From the NCBI GenBank assembly GCA_009914755.4, contig CP086569.2:12416001-12480000 (forward strand): a stretch of DNA of 64,000 nt, written 5' to 3'. Every line of letters starts with the position of its first letter. The first letter of the stretch is position 1. The position numbers and the translations under genes were made by a program. This DNA comes from the human T2T-CHM13v2.0 reference genome, Homo sapiens. This document shows positions 40,589 to 55,170 of this stretch, piece after piece. The notes beneath the pieces are model-generated. The model had not been told where the DNA came from. It did no database searches and saw only the letters and a program-made list of their open reading frames with translations.

Positions 40589-43500
40589 AATGGAAAGGAA
40601 TGGAATGAACTCGAATGGAATGTACTCAAATGGAATAGAATAGAATGGAATGGAAGTAAATATAATGGACTCGAATGGAATGGATTGGAATAAATTGGAA
40701 TTGAATGTATTGGATTCGATTGGAAAGGAATGGAATGGAATGGAATGGATTCGAATGGAATGGAATCGAATGGAATGGAACGAATTGGAATGTAATTGAA
40801 TGGCGTCGAAAACAGTAGAAAGAAATGAAGTTTAATCGAATGATATCGAATGGAATTGAATGGAATGTACGCGAATGGAATGGACTGGAATGGAATGGAC
40901 TCTATGGGAATGAAGACGAGTGGAGTGGACTCGAATGTCATGGAGACGATTGGAATGGAAAGGAATGCAAAGGAATGGAATGGAATGGAATCTGATGCAT
41001 CGCAATGGAATGGAATGGGGTCGAATGGAATAGAATCGAAAGGAATGGCATCCAATGGAATGGAAACGAATTGAATGGAATGGCATGGAATGGAATGGAA
41101 AGGAATATAATGGAAAGGAATCGGATGGAACGGAATGGAATGTAATGGAGTCGAATGGAATAGAATCTAATAGAATTGCATTGATAGGAATGGAATCGAA
41201 CGGACTCGAAAGGATTGGAGCCTAACAGAAGAGAATCGAACAGAATAGCATCAAATGGAATGGAAATGAATGGAATGGAATGGAATGGAATGGACACACA
41301 TGTAATGGACTTGAATGGAATGGAATCAAATAGAATGGACGCGAATGGAATGGTCTCGAATGGAATTTATGAAAATAGAATGGAATCGAAATTCATTGAA
41401 CATTATGGAATGGAATCAAATGGAATGAAATCGAATGGAAGGAACCGGAATGGAATGTACTGGAATAGAACGGACTCGAATGTTACGGAAAGAAAAGTAA
41501 GTGATTCGGATGTCTTTTAATTGAATGGAATGAAATCAAATGGAATGGAAAGGAATAAAATGGAATGGAATGAAATAGAATGCAATAGAATGGAAGGGAG
41601 TGGAGTCGAGTTGAATGGAATCGAATTGAATGGAATAGAATGGAATAGAATCAAATGGAATGGATTCGAATGCAATGGAACCGAATGGAATGGACTGGAA
41701 CATAATGGAATCGAAAGGAATGGAAAGGAATTGAATGCAATGGAAAGCAATGGAATCGAATGTAATGGAGTCGTATGTAGTGGAGTCGAATGGAATGGAA
41801 TCAAATGGAAGGAAAAGAATACAATCGAATGGAATAGAATAGAATGCAACAGAATGAAACGGAGTGGAATCGAGTGGGATGGAATAGAATTGAATGGAAT
41901 GGAAAGGAATGGAATCGAATGGAATGGAACCGAATGGAATGGAATGGAACAAAATGGAATTGAACAGATTAGAATCGAATGGATCCGAATCGAATGGAAT
42001 GGAATATAATGGAATGGAATGGAATGGAATGGAATGGAATGGAATGGAATGGAATGGACCCAAAGGTAATGAACTCTAATGAAATGGACTTTAATAGAAT
42101 GGATTAGAAAACAATGGGCTCGAATGGAATTTAATCAAGTCGAATTTAATGGAATGGAATGGAATGCAAAACTATGGAATAGCATCAAATGGAATGGAAC
42201 AGAATAGAGTGGAATGGAATGGAATACACAGGTATAGAACAGACTCGAATGTAATGGATTGCAATGTAAGTGATTCAAAGGGAATGGAATCAAATGGAAT
42301 ATAATCAAATGGAATGGAATGGAGTGCATTGGAATGGAATAAAATGGAATGCAAACAATGGTACAGAACTCATTTGAATGTAGAGGAATGGAATCGAATG
42401 CAATGGAAAAGAATGGAATGGACACGAATGGAATGGATTGGAAACAAATGGAATGGAAAGGATTTTAATCATACAGAACAAAATAGAATGCAATGGACTC
42501 GAATGAAATGGAGTCGAAGAGAATAGTATCAAATGGAAAGGAATGGAATGCAATCGAATCGAATGGAATGTTAATGAAATTAATTGAAAGGAATAGAATG
42601 GAATGAAGTGTAAAGGAAAGATATCGAATTGAATGGAATTGAATGGAATGGACACAAACGGAATGGACTGGAATGGAATGAACTCGAAAGGAATGGAATG
42701 GAGCGGAACGGACTCGAGTGCAATGGAATCGAATGGTATAGAATAGAATGGAATGGAATGGAAAGGAATAGAAGGGAATGGAATCGGATCCAACGGGACA
42801 GATTGGAATGGGGTAGAATTGAATAGAATCGAATGGAATGGCATCGAATGTAATGGAATGGAATGGACTCGAATGGAATGGAGTGACATGTAATGGAATC
42901 GAAAGGAATGGAATCGAATGAAATGGAATTGAATGGAATAGAAAGGAATAGAATGGAATGGAGTTTAATGGAAAGATATTAAAAGTAATGGAATGGAATT
43001 GAGTGGACACGAATGGAATGGACTGGAATGGAAAGGACTCGAATGAAATGGAGCGCATTAGAATGGACTCGAATGGAATGGATTGGAGTGGAATGGTCTC
43101 GAATGGATTGGAAACGAATGGAATGGAAAGGAGTAGAATGGAATGTAATCAAATGGAACGAAATGGAATGGAATGGATTCGACTGGAACAGAATTGAATG
43201 GAGTGGAATTGATTGGAATGGAATGCAATCGAATGGAATGAACACGAATGGAATAGAATGAAATGAAATGGCATAGAATGGAATGGAATGGAATGGAATG
43301 GAATGGAATGGAATGGAATGGAATGGAATGGCATGGAATGTGATGGAATGGAATGAAATTGATTGGAATGGGATGGGCCCAAAAGTAAAGGACTCAAATA
43401 AAAGGGACTCAAATAGAATGAATTGGAAAGAAACGGTCTCGAATGTAATTCATTCGAATGGAATGATATTGAATGGAATGCAATAGTATGGAATGGTATC

Positions 43501-44399
43501 GAATAGAATGGAATAGAATGGAATGGAATGGAACGGAATGGAGTGCATTTGAACGGACTCAAATGCAATAAATTGCAATATAATTGATTCAAATGGAATG
43601 GAATCGAATAGAATGTAAACAAACGGAATGGAAGGCAATGCAATGGAAAGGAATCGAATGAAATGGACCCGAGTGGAATGGACTCACGTAGAACAGCCTT
43701 GAATGTAATGGATGACAATGTATTAGATTCGAAAGGACTGAAATCGAATGGAATGTAATCAAATAGAACGGAATTGAATGCATGGAATGGCATAGAAAGT
43801 AATGCAATGGAATGGAATAGACTGGAATGGAATGGAATCGGATGGAATGTAATGAAATGTAATGGAAGGAATGCCATGGAATGGAATGGAATGGAATGCA
43901 ATGGGCCGGTGTATAATGGAGTGCAATGGAATTCAGTGGAATGTAGTCAATAGGAATGAAATAGAATGGAATTCAATATAAGGGAATGGCATCCAATGGC
44001 AAGGAATGGAGTGGACTCCAATGGAAACAACATGAAAGGAATATAATATAATGGAATGGCATTGAACGAAATGGAAAGCAATGGAGTTAAAAGGTAAGAT
44101 ATCGAATGGAAAAGAATTGAATGGACTCGAATGGAATATAACGGAATGGAATGGACTCGAATGGAATGTACTAGAGTTGAATGGAATCGAATGGAATGGA
44201 AAACAGTGGAAAGGAAAGGAAGGGAATTGAAAGGAAAGGAATAGAATGGAATGGAATCGGATAGAATGGAATTGAATGGAATGGAAACTAAAGGAATAGA
44301 ATAGAAAGGAATGGCATTGAATGGAATGGAATGGAATGGAATCAGATGGAACAGAAAGGAATGGAATAGAATCGAATGGTATGGCATCGAATGGATTGG
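40589..44399 (+). repeat. HOR unit U12 (3811 bp), type B.
   Basis: Landmark offset (40832-243). It carries 'gaagacgagtgg' (40911), an expanded pure tract at 42009-42057, and 'gacccaaaggtaatg'. Confidence 0.85.
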
Positions 44400-47300
44400 A
44401 ATGGAAAGGAATGGAATGAACTCGAATGGAATGTACTCAAATGGAATAGAATAGAATGGAATGGAAGTAAATATAATGGACTCGAATGGAATGGATTGGA
44501 ATAAATTGGAATTGAATGTATTGGATTCGATTGGAAAGGAATGGAATGGAATGGAATGGATTCGAATGGAATGGAATCGAATGGAATGGAACGAATTGGA
44601 ATGTAATTGAATGGCGTCGAAAACAGTAGAAAGAAATGAAGTTTAATCGAATGATATCGAATGGAATTGAATGGAATGTACGCGAATGGAATGGACTGGA
44701 ATGGAATGGACTCTATGGGAATGAAGAGGAGTGGAGTGGACTCGAATGTCATGGAGACGATTGGAATGGAAAGGAATGCAAAGGAATGGAATGGAATGGA
44801 ATCTGATGCATCGCAATGGAATGGAATGGGGTCGAATGGAATAGAATCGAAAGGAATGGCATCCAATGGAATGGAAACGAATTGAATGGAATGGCATGGA
44901 ATGGAATGGAAAGGAATATAATGGAAAGGAATCGGATGGAACGGAATGGAATGTAATGGAGTCGAATGGAATAGAATCTAATAGAATTGCATTGATAGGA
45001 ATGGAATCGAACGGACTCGAAAGGATTGGAGCCTAACAGAAGAGAATCGAACAGAATAGCATCAAATGGAATGGAAATGAATGGAATGGAATGGAATGGA
45101 ATGGAATGGAATGGAATGGAATGGACACACATGTAATGGACTTGAATGGAATGGAATCAAATAGAATGGACGCGAATGGAATGGTCTCGAATGGAATTTA
45201 TGAAAATAGAATGGAATCGAAATTCATTGAACATTATGGAATGGAATCAAATGGAATGAAATCGAATGGAAGGAACCGGAATGGAATGTACTGGAATAGA
45301 ACGGACTCGAATGTTACGGAAAGAAAAGTAAGTGATTCGGATGTCTTTTAATTGAATGGAATGAAATCAAATGGAATGGAAAGGAATAAAATGGAATGGA
45401 ATGAAATAGAATGCAATAGAATGGAAGGGAGTGGAGTCGAGTTGAATGGAATCGAATTGAATGGAATAGAATGGAATAGAATCAAATGGAATGGATTCGA
45501 ATGCAATGGAACCGAATGGAATGGACTGGAACATAATGGAATCGAAAGGAATGGAAAGGAATTGAATGCAATGGAAAGCAATGGAATCGAATGTAATGGA
45601 GTCGTATGTAGTGGAGTCGAATGGAATGGAATCAAATGGAAGGAAAAGAATACAATCGAATGGAATAGAATAGAATGCAACAGAATGAAACGGAGTGGAA
45701 TCGAGTGGGATGGAATAGAATTGAATGGAATGGAAAGGAATGGAATCGAATGGAATGGAACCGAATGGAATGGAATGGAACAAAATGGAATTGAACAGAT
45801 TAGAATCGAATGGATCCGAATCGAATGGAATGGAATATAATGGAATGGAATGGAATGGAATGGAATGGAATGGAATGGAATGGAATGGACCCAAAGGTAA
45901 TGAACTCTAATGAAATGGACTTTAATAGAATGGATTAGAAAACAATGGGCTCGAATGGAATTTAATCAAGTCGAATTTAATGGAATGGAATGGAATGCAA
46001 AACTATGGAATAGCATCAAATGGAATGGAACAGAATAGAGTGGAATGGAATGGAATACACAGGTATAGAACAGACTCGAATGTAATGGATTGCAATGTAA
46101 GTGATTCAAAGGGAATGGAATCAAATGGAATATAATCAAATGGAATGGAATGGAGTGCATTGGAATGGAATAAAATGGAATGCAAACAATGGTACAGAAC
46201 TCATTTGAATGTAGAGGAATGGAATCGAATGCAATGGAAAAGAATGGAATGGACACGAATGGAATGGATTGGAAACAAATGGAATGGAAAGGATTTTAAT
46301 CATACAGAACAAAATAGAATGCAATGGACTCGAATGAAATGGAGTCGAAGAGAATAGTATCAAATGGAAAGGAATGGAATGCAATCGAATCGAATGGAAT
46401 GTTAATGAAATTAATTGAAAGGAATAGAATGGAATGAAGTGTAAAGGAAAGATATCGAATTGAATGGAATTGAATGGAATGGACACAAACGGAATGGACT
46501 GGAATGGAATGAACTCGAAAGGAATGGAATGGAGCGGAACGGACTCGAGTGCAATGGAATCGAATGGTATAGAATAGAATGGAATGGAATGGAAAGGAAT
46601 AGAAGGGAATGGAATCGGATCCAACGGGACAGATTGGAATGGGGTAGAATTGAATAGAATCGAATGGAATGGCATCGAATGTAATGGAATGGAATGGACT
46701 CGAATGGAATGGAGTGACATGTAATGGAATCGAAAGGAATGGAATCGAATGAAATGGAATTGAATGGAATAGAAAGGAATAGAATGGAATGGAGTTTAAT
46801 GGAAAGATATTAAAAGTAATGGAATGGAATTGAGTGGACACGAATGGAATGGACTGGAATGGAAAGGACTCGAATGAAATGGAGCGCATTAGAATGGACT
46901 CGAATGGAATGGATTGGAGTGGAATGGTCTCGAATGGATTGGAAACGAATGGAATGGAAAGGAGTAGAATGGAATGTAATCAAATGGAACGAAATGGAAT
47001 GGAATGGATTCGACTGGAACAGAATTGAATGGAGTGGAATTGATTGGAATGGAATGCAATCGAATGGAATGAACACGAATGGAATAGAATGAAATGAAAT
47101 GGCATAGAATGGAATGGAATGGAATGGAATGGAATGGAATGGAATGGAATGGAAGGGAATGCAATGGCATGGCATGGAATGTGATGGAATGGAATGAAAT
47201 TGATTGGAATGGGATGGGCCCAAAAGTAAAGGACTCAAATAAAAGGGACTCAAATAGAATGAATTGGAAAGAAACGGTCTCGAATGTAATTCATTCGAAT

Positions 47301-48240
47301 GGAATGATATTGAATGGAATGCAATAGTATGGAATGGTATCGAATAGAATGGAATAGAATGGAATGGAATGGAACGGAATGGAGTGCATTTGAACGGACT
47401 CAAATGCAATAAATTGCAATATAATTGATTCAAATGGAATGGAATCGAATAGAATGTAAACAAACGGAATGGAAGGCAATGCAATGGAAAGGAATCGAAT
47501 GAAATGGACCCGAGTGGAATGGACTCACATAGAACAGCCTTGAATGTAATGGATGACAATGTATTAGATTCGAAAGGACTGAAATCGAATGGAATGTAAT
47601 CAAATAGAACGGAATTGAATGCATGGAATGGCATAGAAAGTAATGCAATGGAATGGAATAGACTGGAATGGAATGGAATCGGATGGAATGTAATGACATG
47701 TAATGGAAGGAATGCCATGGAATGGAATGGAATGGAATGCAATGGGCCGTTGTATAATGGAGTGCAATGGAATTCAGTGGAATGTAGTCAATAGGAATGA
47801 AATAGAATGGAATTCAATATAAGGGAATGGCATCCAATGGCAAGGAATGGAGTGGACTACAATGGAAACAACATGAAAGTAATATAATATAATGGAATGG
47901 CATTGAACGAAATGGAAAGCAATGGAGTTAAAAGGTAAGATATCGAATGGAAAAGAATTGAATGGACTCGAATGGAATATAACGGAATGGAATGGACTCG
48001 AATGGAATGTACTAGAGTTGAATGGAATCGAATGGAATGGAAAACAATGGAAAGGAAAGGAAGGGAATTGAAAGGAAAGGAATAGAATGGAATGGAATCG
48101 GATAGAATGGAATTGAATGGAATGGAAACTAAAGGAATAGAATAGAAAGGAATGGCATTGAATGGAATGGAATGGAATGGAATCAGATGGAACAGAAAGG
48201 AATGGAATAGAATCGAATGGTATGGCATCGAATGGATTGG
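44400..48240 (+). repeat. HOR unit U13 (3841 bp), type B and nearly identical to U12.
   Basis: Landmark offset (44643-243). It shares with U12 the 'gtaaaggaaagatatcg' variant (42611 and 46441), the long tract with 'gacccaaaggtaatg' (45841-45900), and 'cacgtagaac' (43681). By eye U13 differs from U12 in at least two respects: a T at about 47751 ('gggccgttgtat', where U12 keeps 'gggccggtgtat' at 43901) and a cluster of single-base differences across roughly 47700-48250 (e.g. 'gactacaatgg', 'gaaagtaatat'). Confidence 0.85.
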
Positions 48241-51200
48241 AATGGAAAGGAATGGAATGGACTCGAATGGAATGTACTCAAATGGAATAGAATAGAATGG
48301 AATGGAAGTAAATATAATGGACTCGAATGGAATGGATTGGAATAAATTGGAATTGAATGTATTGGATTCGATTGGAAAGGAATGGAATGGAATGGAATGG
48401 ATTCGAATGGAATGGAATCGAATGGAATGGAACGAATTGGAATGTAATTGAATGGCGTCGAAAACAGTAGAAAGAAATGAAGTTTAATCGAATGATATCG
48501 AATGGAATTGAATGGAATGTACGCGAATGGAATGGACTGGAATGGAATGGACTCTATGGGAATGAAGAGGAGTGGAGTGGACTCGAATGTCATGGAGACG
48601 ATTGGAATGGAAAGGAATGCAAAGGAATGGAATGGAATGGAATCTGATGCATCGCAATGGAATGGAATGGGGTCGAATGGAATAGAATCGAAAGGAATGG
48701 CATCCAATGGAATGGAAACGAATTGAATGGAATGGCATGGAATGGAATGGAAAGGAATATAATGGAAAGGAATCGGATGGAACGGAATGGAATGTAATGG
48801 AGTCGAATGGAATAGAATCTAATAGAATTGCATTGATAGGAATGGAATCGAACGGACTCGAAAGGATTGGAGCCTAACAGAAGAGAATCGAACAGAATAG
48901 CATCAAATGGAATGGAAATGAATGGAATGGAATGGAATGGAATGGAATGGAATGGAATGGAATGGAATGGAATGGACACACATGTAATGGACTTGAATGG
49001 AATGGAATCAAATAGAATGGACGCGAATGGAATGGTCTCGAATGGAATTTATGAAAATAGAATGGAATCGAAATTCATTGAACATTATGGAATGGAATCA
49101 AATGGAATGAAATCGAATGGAAGGAACCGGAATGGAATGTACTGGAATAGAACGGACTCGAATGTTACGGAAAGAAAAGTAAGTGATTCGGATGTCTTTT
49201 AATTGAATGGAATGAAATCAAATGGAATGGAAAGGAATAAAATGGAATGGAATGAAATAGAATGCAATAGAATGGAAGGGAGTGGAGTCGAGTTGAATGG
49301 AATCAAATTGAATGGAATAGAATGGAATAGAATCAAATGGAATGGATTCGAATGCAATGGAACCGAATGGAATGGACTGGAACATAATGGAATCGAAAGG
49401 AATGGAAAGGAATTGAATGCAATGGAAAGCAATGGAATCGAATGTAATGGAGTCGTATGTAGTGGAGTCGAATGGAATGGAATCAAATGGAAGGAAAAGA
49501 ATACAATCGAATGGAATAGAATAGAATGCAACAGAATGAAACGGAGTGGAATCGAGTGGGATGGAATAGAATTGAATGGAATGGAAAGGAATGGAATCGA
49601 ATGGAATGGAATCGAATGGAATGGAACCGAATGGAATGGAATGGAACAAAATGGAATTGAACAGATTAGAATCGAATGGATCCGAATCGAATGGAATGGA
49701 ATATAATGGAATGGAATGGAATGGAATGGAATGGAATGGAATGGACCCAAATGTAATGAACTCTAATGAAATGGACTTTAATAGAATGGATTAGAAAACA
49801 ATGGGCTCGAATGGAATTTAATCAAGTCGAATTTAATGGAATGGAAGGGAATGCAAAACTATGGAATAGCATCAAATGGAATGGAACAGAATAGAGTGGA
49901 ATGGAATGGAATACACAGGTATAGAACAGACTCGAATGTAATGGATTGCAATGTAAGTGATTCAAAGGGAATGGAATCAAATGGAATATAATCAAATGGA
50001 ATGGAATGGAGTGCATTGGAATGGAATAAAATGGAATGCAAACAATGGTACAGAACTCATTTGAATGTAGAGGAATGGAATCGAATGCAATGGAAAAGAA
50101 TGGAATGGACACGAATGGAATGGATTGGAAACAAATGGAATGGAAAGGATTTTAATCATACAGAACAAAATAGAATGCAATGGACTCGAATGAAATGGAG
50201 TCGAAGAGAATAGTATCAAATGGAAAGGAATGGAATGCAATCGAATCGAATGGAATGTTAATGAAATTAATTGAAAGGAATAGAATGGAATGAAGTGTAA
50301 CGGAAAGATATCGAATTGAATGGAATTGAATGGAATGGACACAAACGGAATGGACTGGAATGGAATGAACTCGAAAGGAATGGAATGGAGCGGAACGGAC
50401 TCGAGTGCAATGGAATCGAATGGTATAGAATAGAATGGAATGGAATGGAAAGGAATAGAAGGGAATGGAATCGGATCCAACGGGACAGATTGGAATGGGG
50501 TAGAATTGAATAGAATCGAATGGAATGGCATCGAATGTAATGGAATGGAATGGACTCGAATGGAATGGAGTGACATGTAATGGAATCGAAAGGAATGGAA
50601 TCGAATGAAATGGAATTGAATGGAATAGAAAGGAATAGAATGGAATGGAGTTTAATGGAAAGATATTAAAAGTAATGGAATGGAATTGAGTGGACACGAA
50701 TGGAATGGACTGGAATGGAAAGGACTCGAATGAAATGGAGCGCATTAGAATGGACTCGAATGGAATGGATTGGAGTGGAATGGTCTCGAATGGATTGGAA
50801 ACGAATGGAATGGAAAGGAGTAGAATGGAATGTAATCAAATGGAACGAAATGGAATGGAATGGATTCGACTGGAACAGAATTGAATGGAGTGGAATTGAT
50901 TGGAATGGAATGCAATCGAATGGAATGAACACGAATGGAATAGAATGAAATGAAATGGCATAGAATGGAATGGAATGGAATGGAATGGAATGGAATGGAA
51001 TGGAATGGAATGGAATGGAATGGCATGGCATGGAACGTGATGGAATGGAATGAAATTGATTGGAATGGGATGGGCCCAAAAGTAAAGGACTCAAATAAAA
51101 GGGACTCAAATAGAATGAATTGGAAAGAAACGGTCTCGAATGTAATTCATTCGAATGGAATGATATTGAATGGAATGCAATAGTATGGAATGGTATCGAA

Positions 51201-52096
51201 TAGAATGGAATAGAATGGAATGGAATGGAACGGAATGGAGTGCATTTGAACGGACTCAAATGCAATAAATTGCAATATAATTGATTCAAATGGAATGGAA
51301 TCGAATAGAATGTAAACAAACGGAATGGAAGGCAATGCAATGGAAAGGAATCGAATGAAATGGACCCGAGTGGAATGGACTCACATAGAACAGCCTTGAG
51401 TGTAATGGATGACAATGTATTAGATTCGAAAGGACTGAAATCGAATGGAATGTAATCAAATAGAACGGAATTGAATGCATGGAATGGCATAGAAAGTAAT
51501 GCAATGGAATGGAATAGACTGGAATGGAATGGAATCGGATGGAATGTAATGAAATGTAATGGAAGGAATGCCATGGAATGGAATGGAATGGAATGCAATG
51601 GGCCGGTGTATAATGGAGTGCAATGGAATTCAGTGGAATGTAGTCAATAGGAATGAAATAGAATGGAATTCAATATAAGGGAATGGCATCCAATGGCAAG
51701 GAATGGAGTGGACTCCAATGGAAACAACATGAAAGGAATATAATATAATGGAATGGCATTGAACGAAATGGAAAGCAATGGAGTTAAAAGGTAAGATATC
51801 GAATGGAAAAGAATTGAATGGACTCGAATGGAATATAACGGAATGGAATGGACTCGAATGGAATGTACTAGAGTTGAATGGAATCGAATGGAATGGAAAA
51901 CAGTGGAAAGGAAAGGAAGGGAATTGAAAGGAAAGGAATAGAATGGAATGGAATCGGATAGAATGGAATTGAATGGAATGGAAACTAAAGGAATAGAATA
52001 GAAAGGAATGGCATTGAATGGAATGGAATGGAATGGAATCAGATGGAACAGAAAGGAATGGAATAGAATCGAATGGTATGGCATCGAATGGATTGG
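48241..52096 (+). repeat. HOR unit U14 (3856 bp), type B.
   Basis: Landmark offset (48484-243). Pentamer tracts are expanded at 48921-48970 and 49701-49745. Confidence 0.85.
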
Positions 52097-55000
52097 AATG
52101 GAAAGGAATGGAATGAACTCGAATGGAATGTACTCAAATGGAATAGAATAGAATGGAATGGAAGTAAATATAATGGACTCGAATGGAATGGATTGGAATA
52201 AATTGGAATTGAATGTATTGGATTCGATTGGAAAGGAATGGAATGGAATGGAATGGATTCGAATGGAATGGAATCGAATGGAATGGAACGAATTGGAATG
52301 TAATTGAATGGCGTCGAAAACAGTAGAAAGAAATGAAGTTTAATCGAATGATATCGAATGGAATTGAATGGAATGTACGCGAATGGAATGGACTGGAATG
52401 GAATGGACTCTATGGGAATGAAGACGAGTGGAGTGGACTCGAATGTCATGGAGACGATTGGAATGGAAAGGAATGCAAAGGAATGGAATGGAATGGAATC
52501 TGATGCATCGCAATGGAATGGAATGGGGTCGAATGGAATAGAATCGAAAGGAATGGCATCCAATGGAATGGAAACGAATTGAATGGAATGGCATGGAATG
52601 GAATGGAAAGGAATATAATGGAAAGGAATCGGATGGAACGGAATGGAATGGAATGGAGTCGAATGGAATAGAATCTAATAGAATTGCATTGATAGGAATG
52701 GAATCGAACGGACTCGAAAGGATTGGAGCCTAACAGAAGAGAATCGAACAGAATAGCATCAAATGGAATGGAAATGAATGGAATGGAATGGAATGGAATG
52801 GAATGGAATGGAATGGACACACATGTAATGGACTTGAATGGAATGGAATCAAATAGAATGGACGCGAATGGAATGGTCTCGAATGGAATTTATGAAAATA
52901 GAATGGAATCGAAATTCATTGAACATTATGGAATGGAATCAAATGGAATGAAATCGAATGGAAGGAACCGGAATGGAATGTACTGGAATAGAACGGACTC
53001 GAATGTTACGGAAAGAAAAGTAAGTGATTCGGATGTCTTTTAATTGAATGGAATGAAATCAAATGGAATGGAAAGGAATAAAATGGAATGGAATGAAATA
53101 GAATGCAATAGAATGGAAGGGAGTGGAGTCGAGTTGAATGGAATCGAATTGAATGGAATAGAATGGAATAGAATCAAATGGAATGGATTCGAATGCAATG
53201 GAACCGAATGGAATGGACTGGAACATAATGGAATCGAAAGGAATGGAAAGGAATTGAATGCAATGGAAAGCAATGGAATCGAATGTAATGGAGTCGTATG
53301 TAGTGGAGTCGAATGGAATGGAATCAAATGGAAGGAAAAGAATACAATCGAATGGAATAGAATAGAATACAACAGAATGAAACGGAGTGGAATCGAGTGG
53401 GATGGAATAGAATTCAATGGAATGGAAAGGAATGGAATCGAATGGAATGGAATCGAATGGAATGGAACCGAACAAAATGGAATTGAACAGATTAGAATCG
53501 AATGGATCCGAATCGAATGGAATGGAATATAAGGGAATGGAATGGAATGGAATGGACCCAAATGTAATGAACTCTAATGAAATGGACTTTAATAGAATGG
53601 ATTAGAAAACAATGGGCTCGAATGGAATTTAATCAAGTCGAATTTAATGGAATGGAATGGAATGCAAAACTATGGAATAGCATCAAATGGAATGGAACAG
53701 AATAGAGTGGAATGGAATGGAATACACAGGTATAGAACAGACTCGAATGTAATGGATTGCAATGTAAGTGATTCAAAGGGAATGGAATCAAATGGAATAT
53801 AATCAAATGGAATGGAATGGAGTGCATTGGAATGGAATAAAATGGAATGCAAACAATGGTACAGAACTCATTTGAATCTAGAGGAATGGAATCGAATGCA
53901 ATGGAAAAGAATGGAATGGACACGAATGGAATGGATTGGAAACAAATGGAATGGAAAGGATTTTAATCATACAGAACAAAATAGAATGCAATGGACTCGA
54001 ATGAAATGGAGTCGAAGAGAATAGTATCAAATGGAAAGGAATGGAATGCAATCGAATCGAATGGAATGTTAATGAAATTAATTGAAAGGAATAGAATGGA
54101 ATGAAGTGTAACGGAAAGATATCGAATTGAATGGAATTGAATGGAATGGACACAAACGGAATGGACTGGAATGGAATGAACTCGAAAGGAATGGAATGGA
54201 GCGGAACGGACTCGAGTGCAATGGAATCGAATGGTATAGAATAGAATGGAATGGAATGGAAAGGAATAGAAAGGAATGGAATCGGATCCAACGGTACAGA
54301 TTGGAATGGGGTAGAATTGAATAGAATCGAATGGAATGGCATCGAATGTAATGGAATGGAATGGACTCGAATGGAATGGAGTGACATGTAATGGAATCGA
54401 AAGGAATGGAATCGAATGAAATGGAATTGAATGGAATAGAAAGGAATAGAATGGAATGGAGTTTAATGGAAAGATATTAAAAGTAATGGAATGGAATTGA
54501 GTGGACACGAATGGAATGGACTGGAATGGAAAGGACTCGAATGAAAAGGAACGCATTAGAATGGACTCGAATGGAATGGATTGGAGTGGAATGGTCTCGA
54601 ATGGATTGGAAACGAATGGAATGGAAAGGAGCAGAATGGAATGTAATCAAATGGAACGAAATGGAATGGAATGGATTCGACTGGAACAGAATTGAATGGA
54701 GTGGAATTGATTGGAATGGAATGCAATCGAATGGAATGAACACGAATGGAATAGAATGAAATGAAATGGCATAGAATGGAATGGCATGGAATGGAATGTA
54801 ATGGAATGGAATGGAATGGAATGGAATGGCATGGCATGGAATGTGATGGAATGGAATGAAATTGATTGGAATGGGATGGGCCCAAAAGTAAAGGACTCAA
54901 ATAAAAGGGACTCAAATAGAATGAATTGGAAAGAAACGGTCTCGAATGTAATTCATTCGAATGGAATGATATTGAATGGAATGCAATAGTATGGAATGGT

Positions 55001-55170
55001 ATCGAATAGAATGGAATAGAATGGAATGGAATGGAACGGAATGGAGTGCATTTGAACGGACTCAAATGCAATAAATTGCAATATAATTGATTCAAATGGA
55101 ATGGAATCGAATAGAATGTAAACAAACGGAATGGAAGGCAATGCAATGGAAAGGAATCGAATGAAATGGA
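52097..55170 (+). repeat. HOR unit U15, canonical but truncated at HOR position about 3084.
   Basis: It is collinear with U1 until '...caatggaaaggaatcgaatgaaatgga' (55145-55170). The sequence that follows ('ataaatggaatggaatcgaagggaaaggacgcgaatataatggactg') does not match the HOR continuation 'cccgagtggaatggactcacatag'. Confidence 0.85.
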
